Of a DNA stretch of 64,000 nucleotides, positions 47,113 through 55,503 are shown piece after piece. Each line of letters opens with the position of its first letter. Position 1 is the first letter of the stretch. Where the stretch lies: assembly GCA_964348395.1 (NCBI GenBank), contig CAYGCK010000001.1:21018-85017 (forward strand), given 5' to 3'. Below the pieces are notes generated by a model, which saw only the letters and a list, made by a program, of their open reading frames with translations, was not told where the DNA came from and did not search any database. This stretch comes from an uncultured Candidatus Saccharibacteria bacterium (GTDB lineage: Bacteria; Patescibacteriota; WWE3; 9FT-COMBO-53-11). The translations under genes and the position numbers were made by a program.

Positions 47113-48995
47113 GGTCTGCCAAAACCCTCAATCTTAAAGCCGCCGGCACTTTGGATTCGACCGTCGTCTCCAACGGGCAAGACCAACGATTTTGTAGCCG
47201 CGTTTGAGTGAACTATTCTGATAGCATCCTGCGTGACGCTATAGACTATACCGACGTGGTTTATACGCCACGAGGTAGCGTTTGAGACTCTAAAGAAGAC
47301 TGCGTAACCCGGCTGAAGATTGTGCCAGGTGGCGTCTCTTGCGGCGATGAACCTCCCACCGCTGGAGTAGGTTTCGGTGCCCCCCGAGGCAGTAACGATG
47401 GCCCCAAACGATTTTGCCATTTCGTTAGAGAGAAGACTGTAGCTTTTGCCGTGGGTGGTGTTAACCAAACGCGTACACCAAAACATGTTTATAAATTTAT
47501 CCGGCGGGTATGGGGGGTTGGGGTTTCTTGCGTATTCGGCCTCGTCAAAGTATTGGGGGTAGTCATCCTTACTCCAGTTCCAGAGACACCAAAATCCCTG
47601 GTAGAGATTGTTTACGATTTCCCAAGCCCGCCCGGCGATTCCTCCCATGGTATTGGGGAACTCCAGTGGGGTAGCCTCGTCGGTGCATACAATCGGAAAT
47701 CCGGCGAAGGGCCCAAACGCCGCTTCGCACGCCCCGACAGCCGCGTTTGCCGGGTGGGCGGTGAGTTGGTCGTAGATGCAGGAAGTGGCGCTTCCTACGT
47801 TTCCAAGGTCCGCGATGTGAAGGTTTGAACTATCGTTATATGTGGCTTTGCCCTCGCTGTGCGGATCGTAGACGTAGTTTAGGAGGGGTTTGGCCTGTTC
47901 GGTCATAAAGAACTTCCCTGGAGGAAGAAGAACATTGAGCACGCCACCACCACCGGCGGTGGTGCTCGGGGCGCCTATCCTCTCCCACGCGTCGCTGGCG
48001 TAGGATACTTCTGTCTGCGTGTCGAGATTTCCTCCAATTTCGTAATTGAATTCCCCCGCGCTGTCGGGGCAATCTGTAATGTTGCCGTCCTCATCGGTTT
48101 CGCAGGGTAGCCTCTCCTCCTCTGCATCCTCCTCCGGAACTGGTTGATACGCCGTCCAGGGAGCAACTCTGTGGGGATTGGCGTCCGCGAAACCTACTGT
48201 CGGTGTAACCACGATGGTGCTGGGGTCGTAGGCGGAGCAATCTTTGTCTAGATCCGGTATGTCCGCAACCTCTTGGGTAAAGGGAACTAGAGCTTGTTTC
48301 AAGAGCCCAAAACGGTCATAAAGGGGAGAGACCTCGCCAAATCTCCCTTGGACGTCGTAGTTTGCGACGGCTTCCTCTTCCGCTCCTAGTTGGAGGTCGT
48401 AGTATCCTAGCCGGTTGGGGTCAAAGCCGGTGTCTTCATAAACCGCGCTGGGGATTGTGGTAGTGAAACCCTTTTGAAGGGCTCGGTTGTTGAGGATTAT
48501 GGTTCCCGTGACCAGCTGGCCCTCCGACTTGGTGAGTTCCTCGAGCGGGTCGCGGTCGTCCTGTCTGTAGTTAGGAGCTAGAACGCGGGCTATGGAACCA
48601 TTAAGTTCCCCAGGCTCGTCGGATGTGGGGTCCCCCGATAGAGCGAGTCGGTTGGCTCGCCTAAGGTATGGGGGCATTTGGGAGTCTTGGAGGTTGAGGT
48701 TCCCTGGACCGGTGTAGTCGGCGAAGAGTTTGGCGAGAACACAAGTGACGAAACCGATTAAGCCGCCTTGAGAGCACGCCTTGTTAATAACATCGTCTTC
48801 CTTAAGCTCGTTGGGGTTGGTAGCTACGTCGGAAGGTGATAGGCTCCCACTCTTAAACTGTGGACAAACCGTAGTTGCCGCGGTGACTTGAGGGGCAGAG
48901 CCAAGAATTAAGAACAGAAGAACAGTAAGCAGGACTAGGGGTTTTCTTGGGATATTCATCAAGAAAATCTTATCAGAAATATCTTGAAACCCCAT
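47109..48995 (-). CDS. secreted cell-wall hydrolase with C-terminal CHAP-like domain
   Basis: Signal peptide; C-terminal NMFWCTRLVNTTHG ... GYAVFF ... HVGIVYSV gives a Cys/His arrangement like CHAP amidase/peptidase. Confidence 0.55.
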   Translation of the reverse strand: MGFQDISDKIFLMNIPRKPLVLLTVLLFLILGSAPQVTAATTVCPQFKSGSLSPSDVATNPNELKEDDVINKACSQGGLIGFVTCVLAKLFADYTGPGNLNLQDSQMPPYLRRANRLALSGDPTSDEPGELNGSIARVLAPNYRQDDRDPLEELTKSEGQLVTGTIILNNRALQKGFTTTIPSAVYEDTGFDPNRLGYYDLQLGAEEEAVANYDVQGRFGEVSPLYDRFGLLKQALVPFTQEVADIPDLDKDCSAYDPSTIVVTPTVGFADANPHRVAPWTAYQPVPEEDAEEERLPCETDEDGNITDCPDSAGEFNYEIGGNLDTQTEVSYASDAWERIGAPSTTAGGGGVLNVLLPPGKFFMTEQAKPLLNYVYDPHSEGKATYNDSSNLHIADLGNVGSATSCIYDQLTAHPANAAVGACEAAFGPFAGFPIVCTDEATPLEFPNTMGGIAGRAWEIVNNLYQGFWCLWNWSKDDYPQYFDEAEYARNPNPPYPPDKFINMFWCTRLVNTTHGKSYSLLSNEMAKSFGAIVTASGGTETYSSGGRFIAARDATWHNLQPGYAVFFRVSNATSWRINHVGIVYSVTQDAIRIVHSNAATKSLVLPVGDDGRIQSAGGFKIEGFGRP

Positions 48996-49010
48996 TGGAA
49001 AGAAATTTAT

Positions 49011-49379
49011 CTAGCGGGCGATGGATGTCAGGACCAGATTTACGATAAATATGGCCGCAATAATAAGAACGAGTCCAAGAATTGAGTAGGTGATGGTTGC
49101 TTTGGCGGTCGAGAGAGATTTTTCGTCACCTCCGGACATCATGTATTGGATTCCACCGTAGATGAGAAACAGTACCGCCACTGTTCCGGCAAGACCGAGA
49201 AGGACATCCACAATTCGCGCGATTATGCAAAATATGCCAGATATCTCTTCGGTTGAGCACGCGGTGAGGGATATTCCAAGGTAATCCTCTATAAAGTCAA
49301 AGGCACTAGCCGCAAAAACCGGCTGAGCCAGACCTAATGAGGCAATCGCTGCTGCAGATGAGCTCAATATTATTTTCAT
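49011..49379 (-). CDS. VirB2/TrbC-like pilin paralog 1
   Basis: SD AAGGAGG 7 nt upstream of ATG 49379. Signal peptide, then two hydrophobic helices separated by IYGGIQYMMSGGDEKS. Confidence 0.55.
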   Translation of the reverse strand: MKIILSSSAAAIASLGLAQPVFAASAFDFIEDYLGISLTACSTEEISGIFCIIARIVDVLLGLAGTVAVLFLIYGGIQYMMSGGDEKSLSTAKATITYSILGLVLIIAAIFIVNLVLTSIAR

Positions 49380-49442
49380 CGTTATCCTCCTTTCAACGTT
49401 AAACACTTTAAGACCAAGCGCTGGGGCAATCCTTACCTAAAT

Positions 49443-49796
49443 CTAGACTGCACAGGCCGGTATATTTGGTGTGATTGTACGTAAGACAACGTTGACGATC
49501 AACCAGGCCCCAAGAACAATTACAAGCCCGATAACCGCGCTAGTAATTCGGCCTCGTGCCTGCTCAACCCCAATCTTATCTCCGCCGGAGGTCATGTACT
49601 GGATACCACCCATAATGAGAATAATGACGGCGATTGTTCCGGCTATTCCGAAAAGGATGTTAGTGATAGCGGAAGCAGCGTCGCAGATGGAATCCCACCG
49701 CAACGGGTTTTTCCCTGCCTGCGCGAGAACCGGTGTAGCTGACAACGCTAACGCACTGATTGTTGCTGCTGTCGTTTTGACTTTGTTTCTAAGCAC
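49443..49796 (-). CDS. VirB2/TrbC-like pilin paralog 2
   Basis: GTG start with GGAGGTGA SD; signal peptide; IMGGIQYMTSGGDKIG between two hydrophobic helices. Confidence 0.55.
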   Translation of the reverse strand: MLRNKVKTTAATISALALSATPVLAQAGKNPLRWDSICDAASAITNILFGIAGTIAVIILIMGGIQYMTSGGDKIGVEQARGRITSAVIGLVIVLGAWLIVNVVLRTITPNIPACAV

Positions 49797-49811
49797 TTAT
49801 TTCACCTCCTC

Positions 49812-50429
49812 TCAAAACGGAAAGATGTCCGGACTAATACCTATAATCCTAATTCCGATTATATGGAGTATTACAGTGGATATCAAGAGAAATACTAAGC
49901 CGGATATTGCGGCCGTGATTTGGGCTCTTGCCTTTTGGAGTTTGTCCGGGTCACCCGTGGATGTTGCAACCCCGTACCCACCGACGACGATTAAAAGGAT
50001 GGAAAGTAAGGTTCCTATACCGATACCAACCCTAAGAAGCACGGTGGCTAGAGCCGTGGGGTTGGTGGGGAGCGTGATGAATCCTATGTCGATCTCGTCC
50101 TTGCCCTCTGGTAATTTGATTTCCACTTCCCCGGCCTCTTCTCCCTCTACATTGTTGGTTGGAGTCGTTTCCGGCTCTGGAGTCGGGGTGGGCGTTGGTG
50201 TTCCATCGTCGCAGGTGTAAGTTCCTGATGCGCAGGTGGATGGGGATCTGGGTAAACATGGGTTGGGAGAGGGAGTGCAGGTGCTGGGCTGAACATCACA
50301 ATAATTATCCGCGCGTAACTGACAGTTGTAGGTCGCCGCGTAAGTTGTGGATAGTGAGGAGGCCGATAATCCAAGGAAAGTTAAGGTTATGAGCAAACCG
50401 AAAAATATCTGGGCAAGTGATTTCTTCAT
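49812..50429 (-). CDS. VirB2/TrbC-like pilin paralog 3 with Cys-rich / PT-rich N-terminal extension
   Basis: Signal peptide MKKSLAQIFFGLLITLTFLGL; Cys-rich segment and TPTPTPTPEPETTPT linker. C-terminal LLSILLIVVGGYGVATSTGDPDK ... hydrophobic pair. The upstream part of the ORF-track ORF is rejected because it overlaps the divergent gene. Confidence 0.5.
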   Translation of the reverse strand: MKKSLAQIFFGLLITLTFLGLSASSLSTTYAATYNCQLRADNYCDVQPSTCTPSPNPCLPRSPSTCASGTYTCDDGTPTPTPTPEPETTPTNNVEGEEAGEVEIKLPEGKDEIDIGFITLPTNPTALATVLLRVGIGIGTLLSILLIVVGGYGVATSTGDPDKLQKARAQITAAISGLVFLLISTVILHIIGIRIIGISPDIFPF

Positions 50430-50508
50430 TCTCAAGCTGATAATAGCAGAACTCACGGGAAATACGCTAGAGGATAAAGCGGCCGGCCCCTTGCTACAAT
50501 ATAAAGGT
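50430..50508. promoter_or_regulatory. divergent promoter region; extended -10 (TGCTACAAT at 50492-50500) places the transcription start at or next to ATG 50509 (leaderless)
   Basis: TGn-TACAAT ends 8 nt before the plus-strand ATG. A minus-strand TATTAT lies 10 nt before pilin-3 ATG, with no SD. Confidence 0.3.
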
Positions 50509-52323
50509 ATGGTTCCAAAACTGCCCCAAGTTCGCAAACTCACTGTTTTTGGTTTAGTTCTCGCTCTCCTTGGCGTAGTAATAAGCTTCCAACTTACCTC
50601 GGCGGATGAGCTCGACGACGTAACCAACGAGCTTTCCCAGCAGCAACAACAGCTTTCCGATCTTGAAGAAAGAAAAGAACAGCTGGCGCGGGATATCTCC
50701 TCGGCCTCTGCATCTTTATCCCAGGTTTCTGCCGAGCTTTCACAAGCAGAAGAAGAGTTATCGGCGATAGAAAGTGAGCTCGCCAAGCGTGAGGCGACTC
50801 TAAAGCAGTGGGAGGAAGACCGCAACTTCCTTATAAGAGTCCTCTACAAACAAAGCCGCGTATCCCCTGTCGAGGTGGTTTTTTCCTCCGACAATCTGGT
50901 TGAATCGACCAAAAACCTACAGTACTACGATGACAACCTAGATCTTCTTAAAGACCGGATAGGATTACTGGTCGACGAGATAGGGGTTTTCCAAGCCAAC
51001 AAAGCCACCGCCCGGCAGTTGCGTGATGATCTTGCCGCTCTTAGGGATCAATATCAATACCGTCTTGCTTCAAGCCAGCGCCAGTTTTCTTCAACTTCCT
51101 CGCAATTAGCTTCCGTCAAGTCTTCGATCCAAAACCTAACCGCGCAGCAGGAACAGTTGATACTGGCAAAGTTTGCTGCTGGTGGCGGGAGTGAGACGGT
51201 TGGGGATAGCCCACCTCTATCCGAGCAATTACCTGACCCATCGTTCTCCCCCGCTTATATGGTGGCCGCCTACGGGTATCCCCATCGAATTGGGATGAGC
51301 CAGTACGGGGCCTATGGTCGAGCGAAGAAAAACCAAGATTATAAATCAATTCTGGCTGCTTATTACAAAGTTTCTGCCTCAAGTATCCAGACTTACCGGG
51401 TTGGAGGAACTATCCACGTAAAGGGTTGTAGCGTAGGCCCACCGCCTTGGTACCCCGGAGGAGGAGGTTGGAGTCAGAGTACTTGTCAAAGCAAAGGGTA
51501 TAAGTGGTACGACGCCACTTTAAGCATGGAAACATATATTAAGGGTCTTGGAGAAATGCCACTAAGTTGGGGAAGCGCTGCGATGGAGGCATATAAAGCC
51601 CAGGCGGTTGCTGGACGTAGTTATGCCTGGGCCTATGCGGATGGAAATGGAGGGACTATTTGCCCATCAACTTACTGTCAGGTCTATTTGGGTTATAACA
51701 AAGGGAGTTACTGGGAACAGGCCGTGAACGCTACACCGAACCAAGTGATTGTACAGGGCGGAGCCCCACTTAAGGCGTTCTATCACTCCACCGCCGGTGG
51801 TTACACCATCTCTACGCAGCAATGGACTAGCTACTGGAACTACATCGATGGCATTAAAGACTTTCACTCCGACGGACAAGCATACGAGCAGGTCGCTAGT
51901 GCTCCTTGGTACCACACTGGATGGGGTTCTCGTACCGGTAGTGGTTATAATCCTTGGATGACGCAGGAAGAGTTTGCCGATATCTTCAATGCAATTCTGC
52001 TTTGTCGCAAGTCGAACACCCAGCCCTACGAACTCGCTTCCGACTGTCCGTATATGCAATACCTCTCTCCGATAGACAAAGGCGGTTGGGATATGCCCAC
52101 AGTTCGAAACAACGTTTCGGGTGTTACTCCGATAACGTCTATCTCGGCGGTTGTTCCCACATTTCCATCAGGAGTCCCGGCCAACACCTCGACTGTCCTC
52201 GTTTATGGGTCACATGGAACTTACGCCTTTAGCGCCCGTTACTTTAGGGATATGTTCAATTTACGCTCCCGCGGGACTCTCCAAATTCCTACCTACCGCT
52301 TCGATTTCACTGTTAAGCAGTAG
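50509..52323 (+). CDS. SpoIID/LytB-family lytic transglycosylase with N-terminal signal anchor and long coiled coil
   Basis: ETYIKGLGEMPLSWGSAAMEAYKAQAVAGRSYA ... TYCQVYLGY ... FYHSTAGGYT match the SpoIID domain. N-terminal about 230 aa is coiled coil with a QQQQ stretch. Confidence 0.75.
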   Translation: MVPKLPQVRKLTVFGLVLALLGVVISFQLTSADELDDVTNELSQQQQQLSDLEERKEQLARDISSASASLSQVSAELSQAEEELSAIESELAKREATLKQWEEDRNFLIRVLYKQSRVSPVEVVFSSDNLVESTKNLQYYDDNLDLLKDRIGLLVDEIGVFQANKATARQLRDDLAALRDQYQYRLASSQRQFSSTSSQLASVKSSIQNLTAQQEQLILAKFAAGGGSETVGDSPPLSEQLPDPSFSPAYMVAAYGYPHRIGMSQYGAYGRAKKNQDYKSILAAYYKVSASSIQTYRVGGTIHVKGCSVGPPPWYPGGGGWSQSTCQSKGYKWYDATLSMETYIKGLGEMPLSWGSAAMEAYKAQAVAGRSYAWAYADGNGGTICPSTYCQVYLGYNKGSYWEQAVNATPNQVIVQGGAPLKAFYHSTAGGYTISTQQWTSYWNYIDGIKDFHSDGQAYEQVASAPWYHTGWGSRTGSGYNPWMTQEEFADIFNAILLCRKSNTQPYELASDCPYMQYLSPIDKGGWDMPTVRNNVSGVTPITSISAVVPTFPSGVPANTSTVLVYGSHGTYAFSARYFRDMFNLRSRGTLQIPTYRFDFTVKQ

Positions 52324-52346
52324 GTTATTCTGCTATCATAATCCTG

Positions 52347-54341
52347 ATGCCTCAGGAGTTAGAGGTTAAAGTCTCCAAACTAGAAGGCTCCCCTGCCGCC
52401 GAGCGCGGAAAGACTGTTCAGGTTTTCGAGTTCATCCCCCCTCAAGGAGAGGATTTTCCGGAAGAACGAGGACAACTTTTTGCCGTTGTGGAGGTGAATT
52501 TGCCCACCGAGCGGCAAGAGGTGGATTTGACCGAGGACGCGGCTTTGGCCGCCAAACTCGTTTGGGATACCCTAGTCGGAACCTATTATGATCCATCGGA
52601 AGAAACAGCGCTAAAGGCGCTGGAGGATGCAACCGAAACCGCCCGCGAGAAGCTTAAAGATTTCGCCGAGGATAGCGACCTTAACCTCATAGCTGTCGCC
52701 ATTTTAGGAAACGTCGCTTATTTCTCCCGCGTCGGCGGCGGCGCACTTTATCTTAGGCGAGGCGCGGAGGTTAGAGATTTAGCTCAAGAGGAGGAAGCCG
52801 TCGATATCGGTTCCGAGATTTTAGAGGGAGACGATGTTTTAGCCGTGGGGTCCCCGGTTTTTGGCAAAAACTTCACCGCCGCCAACCTCCCTCAAACGGA
52901 ATTTCTGGTTAAACAATTCGAGCAAGGGGTTAAGGTCCCGGGTTTTTCCGCTCTCCTTTTAATGCTCAAACCCTCAAGGGAATCACGCGAGGAGGCGGTA
53001 AAAAATGGGGTATCCCGCTCCCCACTCGCAAAGATTTTCAAAAGAGCAAAGAAACTGCCCGCGGATCTGCCTAAAGTTAAGCTCGGCGCCTTGTCCCCGT
53101 CAAAACTAGGTAAAGGGGTTTCGCGCTTCTTGAGCGACCGCGTTTCTCGAGGCAAAAAGCTAGCGGAGGCGAGAAAGGCGGCGCCTGAGGAGAGAGAGGG
53201 CGGGGAAGAGCTTAAGGCGCTCAAACCGCCTAAGCTTAAAAAGCTTCCCCGGCTGCCATTGTCGCGAATCATTGCCGTTTTGGTGATTCTTCTTGTCGTT
53301 TCCATCGGGTTCACCGTATGGAGGCAAGCGCAAAAAGCCAAGGCGGAGGAGTTTGAACGCATCATCACCGAAACCACGCAAAGTTTGGACGAGGCGGCAG
53401 GTCTGGTGGGGTTGTCAAACGAGCGGGCGCTTGAGCTCGTCGAAGAAGCGCGTGCCGATTTGGAGCGGGCGAGGGATATAGACCCCCGCTCTGGCGAGAT
53501 AGACCCCTTGTTGTCGCGCGCCGAGGAACTCTACAACGCCATAGAGAAAATTACTCCGGTTGGGGAGGAGCATATAGTATACGATTTGGGACTCCAGGTC
53601 GAGGGGGCTCAGGGTGTAGCCATCTCCGGTTCTGGAACCACACTTTATGTTGCAGATTCAACAAGCGGATCGGTATTTTCGATTGTTATCCCTTCGGGGG
53701 AGGGGGAGCTTCCGCAGGTTTCGGCTATCGCAGAGGGAACTATACAAGGTATCCGCGAGATCGGCTCCGAAGGCGGATTCTTATATCTACTTTCCGAAGA
53801 TAAACTCTACCGGTTTAACTTGTCGACCAAGGCGGTCGACGAGCCCGTACCTTTCGAGCGCTATAGCCTCTCCGTCTCCTTGGATACATACTCTGGGAAC
53901 GTCTATCTTTTAGTTCCCGAGGAGGATCAGATCTACAAGTTCTGGAATCTCGAGACGGGATATTCTAAGGCGGTTTCTTGGGTTAAGGCGGTCGTGGACT
54001 TGGGGTACTTTACGGATATGGCGGTGGATGGGGATATCTGGCTCTCCGCCTCCGGTGGAGAGATTATGCGTCTGACCAAGGGTGAGGGCACCGCTTTCGC
54101 GATTTCCAATCTGTCGACACCTTTTTCTAGTGTGAACAAAATATTTACCCGCCCCAATCTAATCCGCCTTTACATTCTTGACACAGGAAACCAGAGGGTC
54201 GTGGTTTTGGACAAAGGAGGGAATTTTGTCCGGCAGGTCAAGGGCGACGGATTGGAGGGAGCTACAGACCTTTGGGTTTCGGAGGACGAGAAAACACTCT
54301 ACATACTCGTAGGTAGCAAGATTTACCGCATAGGTTTGTAG
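52347..54341 (+). CDS. membrane-anchored protein with C-terminal beta-propeller-like repeats
   Basis: Central TM (IIAVLVILLVVSIGF). C-terminal repeated LYV/LYI ... D motifs suggest NHL/YVTN-like blades. The N-domain is unassigned. Confidence 0.45.
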   Translation: MPQELEVKVSKLEGSPAAERGKTVQVFEFIPPQGEDFPEERGQLFAVVEVNLPTERQEVDLTEDAALAAKLVWDTLVGTYYDPSEETALKALEDATETAREKLKDFAEDSDLNLIAVAILGNVAYFSRVGGGALYLRRGAEVRDLAQEEEAVDIGSEILEGDDVLAVGSPVFGKNFTAANLPQTEFLVKQFEQGVKVPGFSALLLMLKPSRESREEAVKNGVSRSPLAKIFKRAKKLPADLPKVKLGALSPSKLGKGVSRFLSDRVSRGKKLAEARKAAPEEREGGEELKALKPPKLKKLPRLPLSRIIAVLVILLVVSIGFTVWRQAQKAKAEEFERIITETTQSLDEAAGLVGLSNERALELVEEARADLERARDIDPRSGEIDPLLSRAEELYNAIEKITPVGEEHIVYDLGLQVEGAQGVAISGSGTTLYVADSTSGSVFSIVIPSGEGELPQVSAIAEGTIQGIREIGSEGGFLYLLSEDKLYRFNLSTKAVDEPVPFERYSLSVSLDTYSGNVYLLVPEEDQIYKFWNLETGYSKAVSWVKAVVDLGYFTDMAVDGDIWLSASGGEIMRLTKGEGTAFAISNLSTPFSSVNKIFTRPNLIRLYILDTGNQRVVVLDKGGNFVRQVKGDGLEGATDLWVSEDEKTLYILVGSKIYRIGL

Positions 54342-54414
54342 CACACTACTAAACCCGATCTGACTACCTGCTAACTATACTATTATACTTTCCGTTGGTT
54401 AGTGGATCTAGTAA

Positions 54415-54506
54415 TGGCGGAGGGTGTGGGATTCGAACCCACGCGGCGGCTGTTAACCACCAACGGTTTAGCAAACCGTCGCCTTAAACCACTCGGCCAA
54501 CCCTCC
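54415..54506 (-). tRNA. tRNA-Ser (GCT)
   Basis: Reverse complement folds as a type II tRNA: acceptor GGAGGGT, anticodon loop TTGCTAA, long variable arm, T-arm GTGGG-TTCGAAT-CCCAC, CCA. Confidence 0.85.
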
Positions 54507-54557
54507 GTACCCTTTATTTTACCAGCAGGGCGCTTGCTTTTTGCTAAACTACCCTTG

Positions 54558-55055
54558 ATGGAGCGGCAGGGGGAAAAGGAAAACATTCTTTTGGAGTGGG
54601 AATCCCCAGAGAGAGCGTTCACAAAAAAGGGAACATCCTACTTTCGCAACCTCTTCACACTTTTGGCGATTTTGGCCGCGGTCGCTATCTTCTTTAAAGA
54701 GTTTCTTCTCGCCGGAGTTTTGGCGGCTCTCGGTTTCGTGAAGTGGGCGCTCGGGACGACCCCTCCCAAGGAATCCAAGCATTCCGTTTCCAACCTCGGC
54801 ATAAGGACCCACGGGCACCAGTATACCTGGGACCAGCTCAAGGACTTCTGGTTCGACGAGATTGCTGGTCAGCGAGCGCTTCTTGTGGATACAAAGAGCC
54901 TCTATCCCGGAAGGCTCTTTCTTATTCTGGATGGGGCTAAGGAGGGAGAGGTCAAGGAGACGCTTAGGCAATACCTCCCTTACCGCCAAAAGGTCAAAGA
55001 AGATTTTCTGGAGAAGATCTCCGTCGGTATCGCCCGTAAGTTTCCATTAGAGTAG
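54558..55055 (+). CDS. hypothetical membrane protein
   Basis: Internal ATG chosen because the upstream part of the ORF-track ORF is antisense to tRNA-Ser; 2 TM helices. Confidence 0.4.
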   Translation: MERQGEKENILLEWESPERAFTKKGTSYFRNLFTLLAILAAVAIFFKEFLLAGVLAALGFVKWALGTTPPKESKHSVSNLGIRTHGHQYTWDQLKDFWFDEIAGQRALLVDTKSLYPGRLFLILDGAKEGEVKETLRQYLPYRQKVKEDFLEKISVGIARKFPLE

Positions 55056-55087
55056 GTTTTCCGTTCTCGGGTTATAATTAAATGTTA

Positions 55088-55164
55088 GTCCTCGTAGCTC
55101 AACTGGACAGAGCGTCAGCTTGCGGAGCTGAAGGTTGGGTGTTCGAGTCACCCCGGGGACACCA
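55088..55164 (+). tRNA. tRNA-Arg (anticodon GCG as read)
   Basis: Acceptor GTCCTCG/CGGGGAC, D-arm GCTC-AACTGGACA-GAGC, anticodon stem TCAGC/GCTGA with loop TTGCGGA, T-arm GGGTG-TTCGAGT-CACCC, CCA. Near-identical D-arm to the tRNA-Arg(CCG) downstream. Confidence 0.75.
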
Positions 55165-55168
55165 TTTA

Positions 55169-55258
55169 GGAAGGGTGGCAGAGTGGACGATTGCGCACGC
55201 CTTGAGAGCGTGAGACCCCGCAAGGGGTTCGGGGGTTCGAATCCCTCCCCTTCCGCCA
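55169..55258 (+). tRNA. tRNA-Ser (TGA)
   Basis: Type II tRNA: acceptor GGAAGGG, anticodon loop CTTGAGA, long variable arm, CCA. Confidence 0.85.
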
Positions 55259-55263
55259 CACTT

Positions 55264-55351
55264 GGAGGGGTCGCATAGTGGCCTAGTGCGCACGCTTGGA
55301 GAGCGTGTAATCCGAAAGGATTCGCGGGTTCGAATCCCGCCCCCTCCGCCA
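55264..55351 (+). tRNA. tRNA-Ser (GGA)
   Basis: Acceptor GGAGGGG, anticodon loop TTGGAGA, long variable arm, T-arm GCGGG-TTCGAAT-CCCGC, CCA. Confidence 0.85.
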
Positions 55352-55352
55352 C

Positions 55353-55429
55353 GCGCCCGTAGCTCAACTGGACAGAGCGTCGGTTTCCGGAACCGAAGGC
55401 TGTGGGTTCAAGTCCCTCCGGGCGTACCA
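55353..55429 (+). tRNA. tRNA-Arg (CCG)
   Basis: Acceptor GCGCCCG, anticodon loop TTCCGGA, T-arm GTGGG-TTCAAGT-CCCTC, CCA. Confidence 0.85.
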
Positions 55430-55461
55430 TCTAAATTGGTGTCGGTGAATTCCGGAGGAAT

Positions 55462-55478
55462 AGTCGCCTAAGGCGACT
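55462..55478 (+). other. short hairpin AGTCGCC-TAA-GGCGACT downstream of the tRNA cluster
   Basis: Perfect 7-bp stem; no T-run follows. Confidence 0.25.
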
Positions 55479-55503
55479 GCTCGAGTCCTGCTGGGAGCAC
55501 CAC

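Noticed and set aside
54402-54557. N-terminal 52 codons of ORF 54402-55055, and N-terminal parts of ORFs 11980-12384 and 55504-56373.
   Set aside because: These extensions overlap tRNA-Ser(GCT), tRNA-Cys and tRNA-Ser(CGA) respectively. Internal starts with better context were used instead.
55088-55164. Considered re-registering the anticodon loop of the first tRNA-Arg to obtain a conventional ACG/CCG anticodon.
   Set aside because: The stem TCAGC/GCTGA fixes the 7-nt loop as TTGCGGA. GCG is what the sequence shows, so the oddity is reported rather than corrected.
55047-55430. 127-aa minus-strand ORF.
   Set aside because: Lies exactly antisense to the four plus-strand tRNA genes. Repetitive GFEP peptides are the typical artefact of translating tRNA complements.
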